A DNA stretch of 64,000 nt, from assembly GCA_951406725.2 (NCBI GenBank), contig OX597819.1, positions 110,670,001 through 110,734,000 on the forward strand. Direction: 5' to 3'. The DNA is from Octopus vulgaris. Taxonomy: Eukaryota. A program made the position numbers and the translations under genes. The notes under the pieces are model-generated. The model was not told where the DNA came from and ran no database searches. It was given only the letters and a program-made list of their open reading frames with translations. Positions 15,890 through 29,854 of this stretch are shown in pieces; positions within the stretch are counted from its first letter, which is position 1; every line of letters starts with the position of its first letter.

Positions 15890-16290
15890 AATCACCACCT
15901 ACACCACCACTACCCCGCACCACCACAACTACCACCAACTCCACCACCACCACCATCCCCACCACCACCACCACCACCACCACCACCACCACCACCACCA
16001 TCACCACAACTACCGCCACCTCCGCCGCCACAACTACTGCCACCTCCACCACCACCACCACCACTATAACTACCATCACCTCCACCAGCGATGCAACTGC
16101 CGCCACGACCGCTAGCTGCAACCACTACTACCACCACCCATCACCACCACCACTACCACCACAACTACCACCACCTCCACCAGCGATGCAACCGCCGCCA
16201 CCACCGCTAGCTGCAACCACCTCTACCACCACCACCACCACCACCACCAGTATTAACAACACTGTCGTTACCATCACCACTAGCAACATC
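15890..16290. repeat. (CAC)n degenerate trinucleotide tract with an internal ~45-bp duplication
   Basis: ctccaccagcgatgcaac..ccgctagctgcaaccac occurs at ~16080 and ~16175. Confidence 0.85.
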
Positions 16291-17329
16291 AACAATTAGA
16301 GAAACCCACGGGTCGCCCAAGGGTGACCACAGATATTCGACACCCCTCCACTTATCCGCTTTAAAATCCATGATTGGTACTCCAGACGTCATTAGATGAT
16401 AAACGATACCCAAAGCATAGTAATTCAATAAAACTACATATACAAATATTATGCATGTGCATGTGTATGCATGCATATATGTAATATGTGGATGTACATG
16501 TATATATATATATATGTGTTTATATGCATATACATTCAAACGTTCATGCGCATGCCCACGTACAAACACGCACGTTAAACATATAAACAAGACAATGAGG
16601 CGTTATCATCATTATCATCATCATCATCACCATTGTCATCACTATCATCGTCATCGTCGTCATTGCCATCGTCGTCATCGTCGTCAGCGTCTTTGGTCGC
16701 GGTGGCGGTGGCAGTGGCGGTAGTGGCGGTGTAATGGTAGTCGAGCTTTTTATTCGTTGCCTCAATCTTAAACGTAGGAGGATGGACGGGAGAGAAGAAA
16801 ACAGAAGAGGTGTGTAATATGGCTGGGATTAATGCCTTAGGTAAGATGGGGACCATATTTAATTTGTGATCGACAGCGATCACAACATCGTAGAGGCAAA
16901 TTTTTCTGACTTATCACGAACACCATTACCTCTATCATAATACCACCACCACCACCACCACCACCACCACAGCTACCTCATAGCTCCAATAACCATAGCA
17001 ACATCGACAACATGAGCCAATAAGCGAGCCTTTATGGTGACGCTTGACCTAGAAACGGGTCTCAAAATCTCCCTTAAATTGTATCCGGAAGAACGCGATA
17101 AATAATGCAGTCTTAGGCGAGTTGATCATAATTGGAAGATCTTCCATCATTGGATCCTTTGAACAGGTTTGATCTACGTCTTAAACAAGAACGAGAACAA
17201 GAAGAACAAGAGCAGTAACTGGAACAACGTCAGCAGTGGGAAGGCCTAAACAAGTAACTGTCTGGTTGGCACAAAGGCAATAATATTGGTTTCAAATTTC
17301 GTCTCAAGTCTAGCAGTTTTGGGTGAGGG

Positions 17330-17672
17330 GCTAAACCGATTACATTGACCCCAGTGCTCAACTGGTACTTATGTTATCAACCTCAAAAGGATGAAAAGCA
17401 AAGTCGACCTCGGCGGAATTTGAACTCAGAACATAATGACAGACGAAATACCTATTTCTTTACTACCCACAAGGGGCCAAACACAGAGAGGACAAACAAG
17501 GACAGACAAACGGATTAAGTCGATTATATCGACCCCAGTGTGTAACTGGTACTTAATTTATCGACCCCGAAAGGATGAAAGGCAAAGTCTACCTCGGCGG
17601 AATTTGAACTCAGAACGAAAAACCGCTAAGCATTTGGCCCGTCGCACTAACCGTTCTGCTACCATGCCGCCT
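17330..17672 (-). mobile_element. Two tandem/nested SINE family B copies
   Basis: The body motif aaaggatgaaa..aaagtc.acctcggcggaatttgaactcagaac occurs twice; the junction is at gacgaaatacc|tatttctttactaccc. Confidence 0.8.
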
Positions 17673-17679
17673 TACAAAG

Positions 17680-18180
17680 ACAATGATACTCACTGTTTTC
17701 AGAGAATCAGTATGTCTTGTTTCATATCACGTAAGAGTGACGGTAAATATTTCTTTTGATATGGTCTTCAGTTAGAGAAAATAATTTTGGTACTTCTCTT
17801 CGGCCAGTCTGTGCGGGAAACACCTTTGCTCATCACAAAGAATTAATGTTCTGTTACATATCACAACAGGAACAAGAAATGAATCGTTTTTTGTCAGCGC
17901 AAAAAAAAAAAAACGCAGAACACATTTTACAACGGCAGCTTTTCAAAGATTTTCTTCAGCTCATGGGACACCCATCTATCAAGCCTTTTCTGAGTTTCCG
18001 TATCATGTAAATGTTAAACAACCGTTGAAAGGCTATCGTTTAGTTCTTCTGCAGTTTCTCAGTTTGTTTTGCACGGGGCACGCTTCAATAATAACTCTCA
18101 ATAGGCTGTTGTAAGTAATGGAAAGTTGTTTGATATACGTTCGAAGGTGAGTCAGAAAGTAATGCAATTTTCATTTGTAT
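17680..18180 (-). mobile_element. Highly decayed mariner fragment
   Basis: Minus strand has the WVP(H)EL-type linker (gatgggtgtcccatgagctgaag); TIR-like cgaaggtgagtcagaaagtaatgc at ~18142. Confidence 0.55.
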
Positions 18181-18233
18181 TACATTTTGACTTCGTTGTG
18201 TGTATGTGTATATATATTACACAAACATACACG

Positions 18234-18337
<104 letters not shown>

Positions 18338-18344
18338 CTTATTA

Positions 18345-18382
<38 letters not shown>

Positions 18383-18392
18383 TATATATATA

Positions 18393-18553
18393 AGATGAGC
18401 TTCTTTCAGTTTCCGTCTACCAAATCTACTCACAAGGATTTGGTCGGCCCGAGGCTACAGTAGAAGACACTTGCCCGAGGTGCCACGCAGTGGGAATGAA
18501 TCCGGAACTATGTGGTTGGTAAGCAAGCTACTTACCACACAGCCACTTCTGCA
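18393..18553 (-). mobile_element. SINE family A, 5' half
   Basis: Reverse complement of the family A head and body. Confidence 0.85.
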
Positions 18554-19044
18554 CTTGCATATATATGATTAAAATAAGATTGAGACATTTTAACTTCTAA
18601 TGGCAAATTCGCTGCAGTTACCGTGGAAATAAAACAATCTTCGCTTATGGTAAAAGGTCTAAAAACACCATATCGACCCCGTGCTTTACGCCATCCAATC
18701 AGATTCCTTAATGGTAAATAATGAAGAGAGATAATTCTGGACGGGTTCAAAACAATATCATTAACTAAAAAGTTGTGCTAGTGTACCGCATGGTCGGGAT
18801 AAAAATAGCAGCATCACCGCCAAACAGTGATTAGGAATTAATGAACTTTAGATTAAAGGAAAAAAAAATTCTCTTATGGTAAAAGGTGTGAAAACATCAT
18901 ATCTGCTCAGTGCTTCTCTCTAAAGAGCCAGAAAGGTAGGTCTGGGAATCCGATATATATGTGTCTTATTGACAGCATTGTTGAGTACTGTCTTGATAAT
19001 GTCATAACTGTGGTAGATATTATTATTATTATTATTTTTTTTTT

Positions 19045-19117
19045 TCTTCTTTCAAATTTGCTTCCATTTCTTGCCGAGTGTCTTCCCGACTCCTAGGGCA
19101 AAGAAACTCATAGTATA

Positions 19118-19118
<1 letters not shown>
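19045..19118 (-). mobile_element. Short (TAA)n-associated retroelement 3' end
   Basis: Reverse complement of 40470-40545; (TAT)n on both sides. Confidence 0.7.
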
Positions 19119-19202
<84 letters not shown>

Positions 19203-19203
19203 T

Positions 19204-19845
19204 ATTGACTTTGCACAGCTTCTAACGCTGTAGATGTACTGCGGTGCCAGCTGTTCACTGACCAGTGAACTAAGGTAACCCCCCTTAATTTTCGTGCACC
19301 TTCCGGAGTATTCGAGCAGTTCCAAGCAGTGCTGTTTTCTTCAAGTGCTCCACCCTTATTGCAAACCTCATTTATTCTATGTACTTCTCAAGATTTATAA
19401 TCACTGTTCCCAGGGTTCCAACAATTATTGGTACTACTACCACCTTTTTCATCGACTACAACTGCTTAACCTCCCAAGCTTACCTGTTTTATCTATCAAC
19501 TTTTCTTTCTTTCTTATCGCATACCCCGTTGTCAGCTGGACATGCTATATCTATGATCCAGCATCGTTTGTTTTCTTTCTCAATTAAGACTATGTCTGGC
19601 TTCCTATTCTCTATCTCATAATCACACTGAATCATAAAATCACACAGGATCTTTGCATTATCATTTTCGATGATGCCTTCGGGTTTATGTTCGTACCACT
19701 TTTTGCTCTGTCAAGTCCACATATTTTGAAAAGTGTCAAATGGCCAATTCTTGCTATATTGTCATGACGTCTCTTCTATTCTTTCTGGGCTAGTGGTATA
19801 CATTGACTGGTAATATGCCATATCGTTTCACCATCTTGTTCATTA
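19204..19845 (-). mobile_element. Second R4/Dong-like RLE fragment (different family)
   Basis: Minus strand: GETIWHITSQC, RRHDNIA, WYEHKPEGIIENDNAKILCDF, NRKPDIV, KTALLGTARILRKVHEN*. The 3' UTR runs into (TAA)n. Confidence 0.85.
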
Positions 19846-19871
19846 TTGTTGTTGCTGTTGTTGTCGTTATT

Positions 19872-20430
19872 ATTGAGTGAGAGTGCAATACATGCCATTA
19901 AAGTGACACTGAAGTACAAACATACGAAGCCCAGTATACCCATCATGACTACCCGGCTGATAGGGGTACACCATCACAGGTACATGCATCACAACCATAT
20001 GTGCGCAACATGGTTGACCTTGTACCAAGATTAACAGCGTATGACCTTGCAGATGGAGCCCAGTCAGAATTTTCTTCCGGTCCAGTCCAGTAGCCGATCC
20101 CACTCAAACTGTTCCAAAATAAGGGCTGTTTAAGGATGTTGAACGAAATGTCCATGTTTCCAGAGTTGAATTATTCAAACCCCAAAGAATTCCTTTCAAC
20201 ACATGGCAATGATGCTCCCCCACTACTTCTGCTCATGATCAGAAATGCACATGTCGTCAGCCACTAAGGGCCATGCTCAACTGATTAAGGTGAAACAACT
20301 GACAAGCAAATCTGTGGTATTGAGCAGAATATTTGCTGTAGCCCATCTTTTATACCAAGACAAAACAATGTATATGATAACACTTCCAATGAATTATGGT
20401 CAGAAGCCATGAGAGCCAGTGCCTTGTAGT
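19872..20430 (-). mobile_element. Unclassified LINE-like dispersed repeat
   Basis: Reverse-complement homolog at 39455-39862, which ends in (TAA)n. No diagnostic protein motif recognised. Confidence 0.65.
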
Positions 20431-20563
20431 GCATCTTATTATTGTTATTGTTATTGACGCTGCTGCTGCTGCTGCTGTTATTGTTGTTGTTGTTGTTGTT
20501 GTTGTTCTTCTTCTTCTTCTTCTTCTTCTTCTTCTTCTTCACCATCGTCGTCGCCATTGTATC

Positions 20564-20659
<96 letters not shown>

Positions 20660-21468
20660 CATTATTATCATTATTATTATTATTATTAATGCCATCATTG
20701 TTACTAATGTTTTGGTTTTTGTTGTTGATACTGTAATTATTGATGTTGTTGTTGTGGCTGTTTTTTACTCTTGCGGCTAATGCTATGTGTTGTTGTTGTT
20801 GTTGTTACTGATATCATTATTGTTGTTGTCATCAACAATGCTGTTATTGTCGATATCGTTGTTGTTGTTTTTGATAAAATTATTGTTCCCAATGTCGTTG
20901 TTGTCACTCCAGACATACGCTGTTGTCTGTATTACTGTTGATGTTTTTGTTACCATTGCAGTTCTAGTTGTTGTTCATCTTCTTCTTGTTGATGTGTCTT
21001 CTTAATATTATTGCTGTTGTCATTCCAGTTATAAGTTATGGCGGTTGTTTGTGGCTTTTTTGTTGTTGTTTTTGTATGTTTTGTTATTGAAGACATCCCT
21101 TCCGGGTACCTACGTGACATGGCACACATCAACCCAGAAAGGAGAAATCTACCAGAAATTACTTCAGAATATCATTCCAACCCCACATCACCAACGCAGG
21201 CTATTTCTCTGGCTGTATGTCTCCTGAGTTCTGATGCAACTCTCTCCTCTCTCTCTCTCTCTTTATATATATATATATACACACAGACACATATATACAT
21301 ACACACATACATACACAAACATACATACACACCTATCGAGCTTTCCTATTTATTATTTGCGTTCCTATCCTGCTAGTTGCCTATCTGTCAGTCCATCTCT
21401 CTGTCTGTATCTATCCTTATGTGTATGTATGGGTGCATATACATACGTACATATATGTGTAGGTATAT

Positions 21469-21514
<46 letters not shown>

Positions 21515-21560
21515 CTAGCATACATACATACATATCTACACACACACACACACACACACT

Positions 21561-21611
<51 letters not shown>

Positions 21612-21714
21612 GTATATATGCATATATCTATGTATGCATATATATTTACATATAGCTCCCTCTCTCTTTTTGTTTCGATATATTTTATATGTGTGTATAT
21701 GGTGTTTACAACAA

Positions 21715-22610
21715 TATTATTAGATACCGAACTAAAGATTTGAAGAAGTGTTGGTGTAGAAAAGAAGAGGAATTTTGTTGAAATATTAGAATTTCCATTG
21801 TAAACTTCATAAAATCAAAATTAATCGATTTGATACAATAATAATTACCATTCAATATAGGAGTAATCGTAAAGCTTCTAAGCCAGCTGGACCATGCAGT
21901 AAAATCGGAGGAAGATCTGTATTAATTGTTAAGCGTTTGGGTGGATGATTTATCACAATATTATTGTCAATCTTCCAATTCATTATCCTGCATATTCATT
22001 TAACAAATGTTCAAGAATTCGTTTCAATCTTGGTTACTTCTCGTGGATGGTTTGAAAAATTGGCAAAACTGTCTAATCCCCATAGCTTTCGCATATCAGG
22101 GAAACCAGCAAATGTGGATATTCACGCTACTTCGGTAATTTTAGCCCAATTCAAGGGTATCATAGACAAAGGTAAATATCCATTAAATGTAGATTTTACT
22201 ATAAATAAACCTAGGCTGTTTTGGAAGTAGTGGCTCTCCAAAACTTTCAAGTAAAAGAAAAGAGTAAAAGTCACATGGTTATCACATATAAAAAGTAATC
22301 CTGTCACTGTGGTTAGGAGCAAATTTCATTACGGAGCAAGGAAAGACATCTCCAAGTAACTTACATTTTTTATAAAAACGGGAATCTCATAGTAAAGCTT
22401 GGTTTAGACAGGATTTGGTTACTGCAAGGTTTGTTGAACACTCTTGGCAAACAATACAATGAAAGGAATTATTCCAGGCACAGACTATATCCGGTTATGG
22501 TTAACACTCTTTGACTCGCTCGAAATATTTTTTCACTCTAAACGGGTTTATCTTTAGGAGATATTTTCATTTCACCTTCGACATTCGTTAGAGAAAGTAG
22601 AGTAGAAAAC
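21715..22610 (-). mobile_element. Probable ancient Penelope RT relic
   Basis: Minus-strand remnants SNQILSK, CDFYS and INHPPK fall in the expected Penelope RT order. Heavily degraded. Confidence 0.4.
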
Positions 22611-22643
22611 AGTGAATAGTGGGTAGTAAACATCAATTCTTCA

Positions 22644-22868
22644 GGAGCAGGTGAGGCTATATGGTAAGAAGCTTGATTCCCATCCACATGGTTCTGGGTT
22701 CAGCCTCACTCCGTGGTACCTTGGGTAGGTGTCTTCTACTAAAGCCTGCGTGCGTGTGTGTGTGCATTTGCGTTTGTTTCCCAACATCGCTTGACAACCA
22801 GTGTTGGTGTGTTTATGTTCCCATAACTTAGCGGTTCAGTAAAAGAAACCGATAGAGTAGATACCAGG
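22644..22868 (+). mobile_element. SINE family A, diverged, with internal deletion
   Basis: ggagcaggtgaggctatatggtaagaagcttg..ccttgggtaggtgtcttctact..caacatcgcttgacaacc. Confidence 0.75.
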
Positions 22869-22896
22869 CCTGGTATCTACTCTATCGTTTTTTTTT

Positions 22897-23110
22897 TACT
22901 TGTTTCAGTCATTTGACTGTGGCCATGCTGGAGCACCGCCTTTAGTCGAGCAAATCGACCCTAGGACTTATTCTTTGTAAGCCTAGTACTTATTCACATC
23001 GGTCTCTTTTGTCGAACCGCTAAGTTACGGGGACGGAAGCACACCAGCATCGGTTGTCAAGCGATGTTGGGGGGACAAACACAGACACAGAAATGCACAC
23101 ACACAGAAAT

Positions 23111-23146
<36 letters not shown>

Positions 23147-23150
23147 ACAT

Positions 23151-23219
<69 letters not shown>

Positions 23220-23388
23220 TATATACGACAGGCTTCTTTCAGTTTTCCTCTACCAAATCCACTGACAAGGCTTTGGTCGCCTCGAGGCTATGGTAGAAGA
23301 CACTTGCCCAAGGTGCCACGCAGTGGGACTGAACCCGGAACCATTTGGTTGGTAAGCAAGCTACTTACCACACAGCCACTCCTACACC
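22897..23388 (-). mobile_element. SINE family A, full length with internal (CA)/(TA) microsatellite
   Basis: Complete reverse complement of 32202-32610. Confidence 0.92.
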
Positions 23389-23551
23389 TAAAAATAACAA
23401 TTTTAGGAGCGATTCATTTGACTAAAAAGTTTTCTATGCGCTACCCCAGTATGGCCGCAGTCGAATGCTTGAAATAAGTAAAAGATAAAAAATAAAAGAT
23501 AATTCTAGAAAAATTGCAGCATCATTGCAATTAATAAAAACTATTTAGATA

Positions 23552-24075
23552 CTGTCCTAAAAGCCGCACTCCGTGCGGGCTTATAGGCTAGCTCCTGTGG
23601 AGGGCTAATTACGCCTGCGGCCCAAAACTAAAGACAACTAAATAGTATGACTATAATACATCTATAAAGACTATATGCCCCGGTGGTGTTTGATCAGAGG
23701 TTAAGGGCAGATAAGAATTAATTCTGTAATGCATTCATTCTGTTCCAGTCCCAAGTTGAATTCCAACTTTGTCCCAGCGTTCTTATCTCGAAGAAACGAA
23801 AGTCATTTATCTCTCTCTTGATCCCTGGCATCATCTGACAAATGCCACCAGGATGGCGTGAATCAGCCAAGCTTTATATGCTAGAAATAGCAACTCAAAT
23901 GTTTTAAAGTAAGTTCCCAGTGCTGGATGTTCAAGAACCATGTGAAGGGCAGATTTTCAAACCTTGGATCAACCTGATTCCAAAAAGTTATAATATGTCT
24001 GTGTAGAGCAAATATTGGCTGAGATACAGGAGTTCTCAGACGGACAGACAGACTTTTCGCTTTTATTGTTATAGA
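23552..24075 (-). mobile_element. Probable non-autonomous Helitron
   Basis: Minus strand begins a|TCTATAACAATAAAAGCGAAAAG(tctg)n and ends with the GC hairpin ccgcac-gga-gtgcgg about 12 nt before ..acag|t. AT target dinucleotide, no TSD; terminal CTRR is degenerate. Confidence 0.5.
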
Positions 24076-25169
24076 TATTAAACGTATTTGTCTCATTGAA
24101 TTTTGAAAATGTAGTTGAGGATGGCGACAATTGGGAGGAATGCAGCGATCTGGCAGAATCGTTAGTACGTCGGACAAGATATTTAACAGCACTTCTTCCG
24201 GCTTTTAATGTTCTTAGTTCAAATTCTATCGAGGTTAACTTTGTCTTTTAACTATTCGGGATTAATAAAATAAATCAATATTAACACAAACCTAAACTAG
24301 GACCTTTACATGAGCACTAGATTCCGCAAGAAATCGCAGCGAAATCACCCTCAAATTACTGTGTTAGACACAACGGATATTCTAATAGTAGATGTACAGC
24401 TTGGATAAAGATGAATTGCTCACAGCTTGAACGCCTTTGACCACAGGTTCGTGCAATTAGGGCTGACCCGGGACTAAGCAACACAGCAATGCTTATAGCA
24501 AACGTGTAATCATCGGCGTTAGCAACAACACTAATGCTAGTAACATTACTAATAGCAGTACCACCACCGACAAATCTACTAACACAGCCGCCACCACCAC
24601 CACCACCACCACCACCACCACCACCACGAAACAAAAACAACTATAACAACATCGGCTACCAATTCCAACACCATCGTCGCCATCAGCAAAACGCACCACT
24701 ACCAAAATTACCAAAATTATCATAACCACCACCATCACCACCGCCACCGCAACCGAGATTACCACCTTGAACACAACAACAAACACCTACACCAATACCA
24801 TCGAACAACTCCACCATCGCCACTACAACGGCACAATCACCACTACGATCATCCTTCAAACCACCACCGGCACCATCAGCAGCAGTAGTAGTCCCCACCA
24901 TCACCACCACTACCACCAACGCCGCCACAACCATCACCACCACCACCACCACTACCACCATGACTTCAACCGAACTCTTCACCGCCTCCAACACCACAAC
25001 CACGATCACTACCGCCACGAACACCACTGCCTCCGCCGCCGCCGCCGCCATTATCAGTGTGTTGGTCTCTCTTTACGGTGAAATATGCCAAAGCAGAGTT
25101 ATTCGTTGGCGCGGAAAATGTCGCTTAATGAAGCACCGTAAAGAGTTGACGGCCGCCATATTGGCTTGC

Positions 25170-25711
25170 TGCGTGTGTGGGTTTGTGACTGTGTTGTGTG
25201 TGATACATATGTGTGTGTGTGTGTGCATGCGTGTCTTTGTACACTGTATGTTTGTGTGCGTGTGTCTGTGCAAGGTTATGCATGAGGTGTGTGTGTGTGT
25301 GTGTATGCGTGTGTGTACGTGTGTGTGTTGTATTTTGTGTATATAACGTGTTGTGTATAGGTTAGGCATCTTTGGTATGGATTAAACGAATGGTGTGGTG
25401 TGCATGTTTATTGTATATATGTGTGTATGTGTGTATGGTGTGCGTATGCGCATTTGGGTTTAGACTAAACGTGGTCCAGTACATGTGTGTGTGTGCTTGA
25501 TGTGTGCGTGTGTGTATGATGCGTGCGTGTGTGTACGATGCGTGCGTGTGTGTATGTTGTGTGTATGCGCGTGTGTATTTGTGTTTAGACTGTATATAGT
25601 TTAATACGTGTGTGTGTGATTTCTGTATGTAATTGTGTGTATTGTAAGGACAGTATGAAGATGCGAGGTGCATGCATGTGTGTGTGTTTTGTATGTATGC
25701 GTATGTTTTTC

Positions 25712-25744
<33 letters not shown>

Positions 25745-27200
25745 ATGCATGCGATGCGTGTGTATTATATGTGCGTAGTGTAATATGTGTATGTATTTCT
25801 GATGTGTGCGCGTTGTGGAGTGCCTTTAACGTAAAGGGTGTATATATGTGTTTCGGATCATGTGTTTGATGTATAATGTGAGTATATGTGTGGAATGTAT
25901 GTCTTCGTATGACTGTCTGTGTGCATAATGTGTGGAAATTACAGTGTGTGTGTGAGTGTTTGTGTATGAGTGCATGTGTATGTATGTGTGTGAATGTATA
26001 TGCGTGTTTGTGTGTATGTATGTATATGTGTGTATGTGTGTGTGTATGTGTGTATCTGTGTGTGTTTGTTTGTGAGTGTTTGTGTATGAGTGCATGTGCG
26101 TGTATGTATGTGTGTGAATGTATATGTGTGTTTGCATGTGTGTGTGTATGTATGTGTGTATCAGTTTATCTGTGTGTTTGTATGTATGTGTTTGAGTATG
26201 AGTGCATGTGTGTGTATGTATGTGTGTGAATGTATGTATGTGTGTGTATGTATGTATATGTGTGTGTATGTATGTGTGTGTATGAGTGTATCTATGTGTG
26301 TTTGTATATACGTGTGTGTATGAGTGTATATGTACGTGTGTGTATGAGTGTATATGCGTGTGCATGTTTGTGCGCGTTTCTGAGGGTGTATGTTTGTATG
26401 AGTGTATATGTGCGCGTGTGTGTGTATGCGTGTGTGGGGGGTATGTGTGGTGTTTTATATATTTGTGTATCTGAATATCTTTCTATATCTGCTTACATTC
26501 AAAGACAGCATGTGTGTGTGTGTGCGTGTGCATTTGCGTGTGTGTGCGTCTGTATTTCTGTACGCGCGTGTACTTGTATGTTTATTTCCGTGTATATATG
26601 TGTATGCGTGGATATTCGTGTGTATGCGTGTGTATTTGTGTGTGTGTATGCGTATATATTTGCCTGTATGCGTGTGTATTTGTGTGTGTATGCATGAGTA
26701 TTTGCATGTATTCGCGTGTATTTGTGTGTGTATGCGTGTGTATTAGTATGTATGCGTGTGTATTTGCATGTATGCGTATGTGTATTTGTATGTATGCGTA
26801 TGTATTTATGTGTATGCGTATGTATGTGTCTGCGTGTGTATTTGTTTGTATGCGTGTGTATTTGTGTCTATGCGTGTGTATTTATGCGTATGCGTATGTA
26901 TTTGCGTATATGCGTGTGTATTTGTGAGTGTCTGCGTGTGTATTGGCGTGTGTATGCTTGTGTATTTATGTGAATATGTGTGTATTTCCGTATATTTGTG
27001 TACGTTTGTGTGTGTGTATGGGTGTGTGCTTGCCCGTGTGTACATGTGTATTTATGCGTATACGTGTGTATTAGCGTGTATGTGTGTTTATTTGTATGCG
27101 TATGGTGGGTATTTTAGTGTATACATCAACGCTCTGTATGCATTATGTATAAAGTCTATGCATGTATTTACATAACACCATGTTTGCGTGTGTAAGAGTG
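25170..27200. repeat. ~2-kb degenerate (TG)n/(TGTA)n purine-pyrimidine alternating field
   Basis: Directly visible; strongly TG-skewed on the + strand. Confidence 0.9.
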
Positions 27201-27620
27201 CGCATGTCAGTGTGTGTGCGAATGTGTGTGCACATGTGTGAGTATGAACACGTTATTGGATACATGTGCATATGATTGCACATTGTATCATGAATATGTA
27301 TGCGTATATGTTGAGATGAACGTGCGCTCATGTGGGCGTGTACCTGGTGCAATTGGTTGAATGAACACGTTTACACTTGTGCGTCTGTGTTAGAACAGCA
27401 TGCATATATATGTTATTATACCATGGTGAGGTACAGGTATATATACATACGTACATACATACACACACATATATGTACTTACATAAATAAATATATATAT
27501 ACACACATACACACACATACATATACATATATATATATATATGCACATGAATATTTTTATATAATTTCGTATGAATATATTTGAATCGACTTCGTCTCTG
27601 TGCTTGTCACACCGTCTGTC

Positions 27621-27667
<47 letters not shown>

Positions 27668-28547
27668 ATACATGCAAACACACACACACACACATATATA
27701 TACATACATACATCTCTCTCTATATATATATGTGTGTGTGTATGTATGCATGTATGTATAAGTATAGATATGCATATATATATATGCATTATATAAAATA
27801 TATAAATATACATACATACATATATATATATATGTGTGTATGTGTGTGTGTGTGTGTACACAATACAAACTCGCGTACACCTACATACATATACACACAC
27901 GCACAAACATGCAAGTATGTGTGTGTGTGCATAAGCATGACTAATGATAGTGCAGCAGCTGTGACGTTCAGGCATGTGTGTGAATGTCGGTGTGTACGTG
28001 TATTTGCATACGTATGCAAATACATATGTGTGTATGTATGTGTGTGTGTGTGTGTGCATGAATGTCTGCATGTATATATGTGTGTTGTATATCAATGTTT
28101 ATTTTTTTTTTAAGAGGGTGTATACAGATTTAAAATTTATTTTACTCGTTTAGAGACGCTGTCTGGCGTGATATACATGCATGCATATGCATATGAGCAT
28201 ATGTTTACGTGCACATGCATATTGAAGCCCTCATGTGCATGTCATATGTGCACATAAGTGCATTCAAGCTGTCGGTGTTATTTTCTCTATTGTGTATATA
28301 GTTGGCGAATCTCTGATCAGTTCTATCTGAACTGGTCAATAATCGAAGGCTTTCAAGACTTCCCCATTCTCTCTTTTGTTCAGATATTGTACCTTTCGGT
28401 TTCAAAAACCGTAGGGTGTTATTTGGGAAAAATTTAGCTGTTATTTTCAGACGGTCGAGTTATTAAGTATTGACATCTTCGTCGGTTCGCTCCAAGTTCC
28501 AGCTATAGCTTTATACTGGCAGTATCCGTAAATGAGTATACACAAAT

Positions 28548-28719
28548 ACTCTTTTACTTGTTTCAGTCATTCGACCCCAGGACTTATCCTTTGTAAGCCT
28601 AGTACTTATTCTATCGGTCTCTTTTGCCGAACCGCTAAGTTACGGGGACGTAAACACACCAGCATCGGTTGTCAAGCGATGTTGGGGGACAAACACAAAC
28701 ACATAAACACACACACACA

Positions 28720-28755
<36 letters not shown>

Positions 28756-29130
28756 TATATAAAGTTAATCCAAACATGAAAACAAAAAGAGAAAACACAA
28801 CAACGCGAGGACGTGGAACAAATTTAGTATTATTGGACGCTCAGGAAAGAAGGAAAAAAGGAGGGTTTAACGTTTCAAGCGGAGCTCTTCGTCGGAAACA
28901 TAGGAAAAGGAAAGATCCAGAGAAGGGAAGACGGAGGAAAAAAATCGCCAATGGTACACACGCGACATCGGGCTTCTTTCTGTTTCCATCTACCAAATTC
29001 CCTCACAAGGCTTTGGTCGGACCGAGGCTATAGTAGGAGACACTTGCCCAAGGTGCCATGCATTGGGAATGAACCCGGAACCATGTGGTTGGTAAGCAAG
29101 CTACTTACCGCACAGACGCTCCTGCGCCTA
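28548..29130 (-). mobile_element. SINE family A interrupted by the hammerhead module
   Basis: 3' half at 28548-28700, microsatellite, insert at 28762-28967, then 5' half at 28969-29130. Confidence 0.85.
28762..28967 (-). mobile_element. ~200-bp hammerhead-bearing module, copy 2
   Basis: Homolog of 7731-7945. HHR at 28865-28899 reads GTTT CCGACGA A GAGC-TCC-GCTT GAA ACGT T AAAC. Confidence 0.75.
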
Positions 29131-29854
29131 AAAATAAATTTAGATGTAGCTTGGAAAAATAATTTTAGATGTACAACACATATAAGGAACTGGTATGCGT
29201 ATAATCGCACATTCGCAAATATATGAAAACGTACACACATACACACAGGTACACGCACATGCGCATACACGCACACAGAATAATTAAGATAGCCATCAGC
29301 TTCGACGGTGAAGCTTCACGTTTTAGATCAAGTGAAATCACCTGCTTATTGCATTAGCTTAAAAGTGCCTGAGTATTCACAGACACGTGTACCGGTAGCA
29401 TAATTCTTAGGCAGAAACTGTATGACACAGGGTGTGACAAAGCTGGGCCTTTCAATTACGGTAACGATCGATCCGACGGGCATGCGCATAGTTTTCGGTT
29501 TGCATCTCGCTTCTTGACAGCTCAGCCATGCTATGTCTTCAAATATGTACGCCGCATGAACATATGCATGTACAAACAAATATGTATGTAATATATATAT
29601 ACGTACGTAGACACACACACGCACACACAATCATGCATACGCACATATACATATATACACACACACACACATATATATATATATATGCACATGTATATGC
29701 ATATATATATATATATATGTGTGTATATATATATACATACATATATATATATTCATATATATACATATATCTTTAAATATTTATATATTTATTTATATGT
29801 ATATATATATATATGTATATATATGTATGTATATGTATGTATTTATATATCTTT

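Noticed and set aside
15673-16299. 208-aa Thr/Pro-rich mucin-like ORF (similar ORFs at 24534-25081)
   Set aside because: Derived from (TG)n and (CAC)n repeats.
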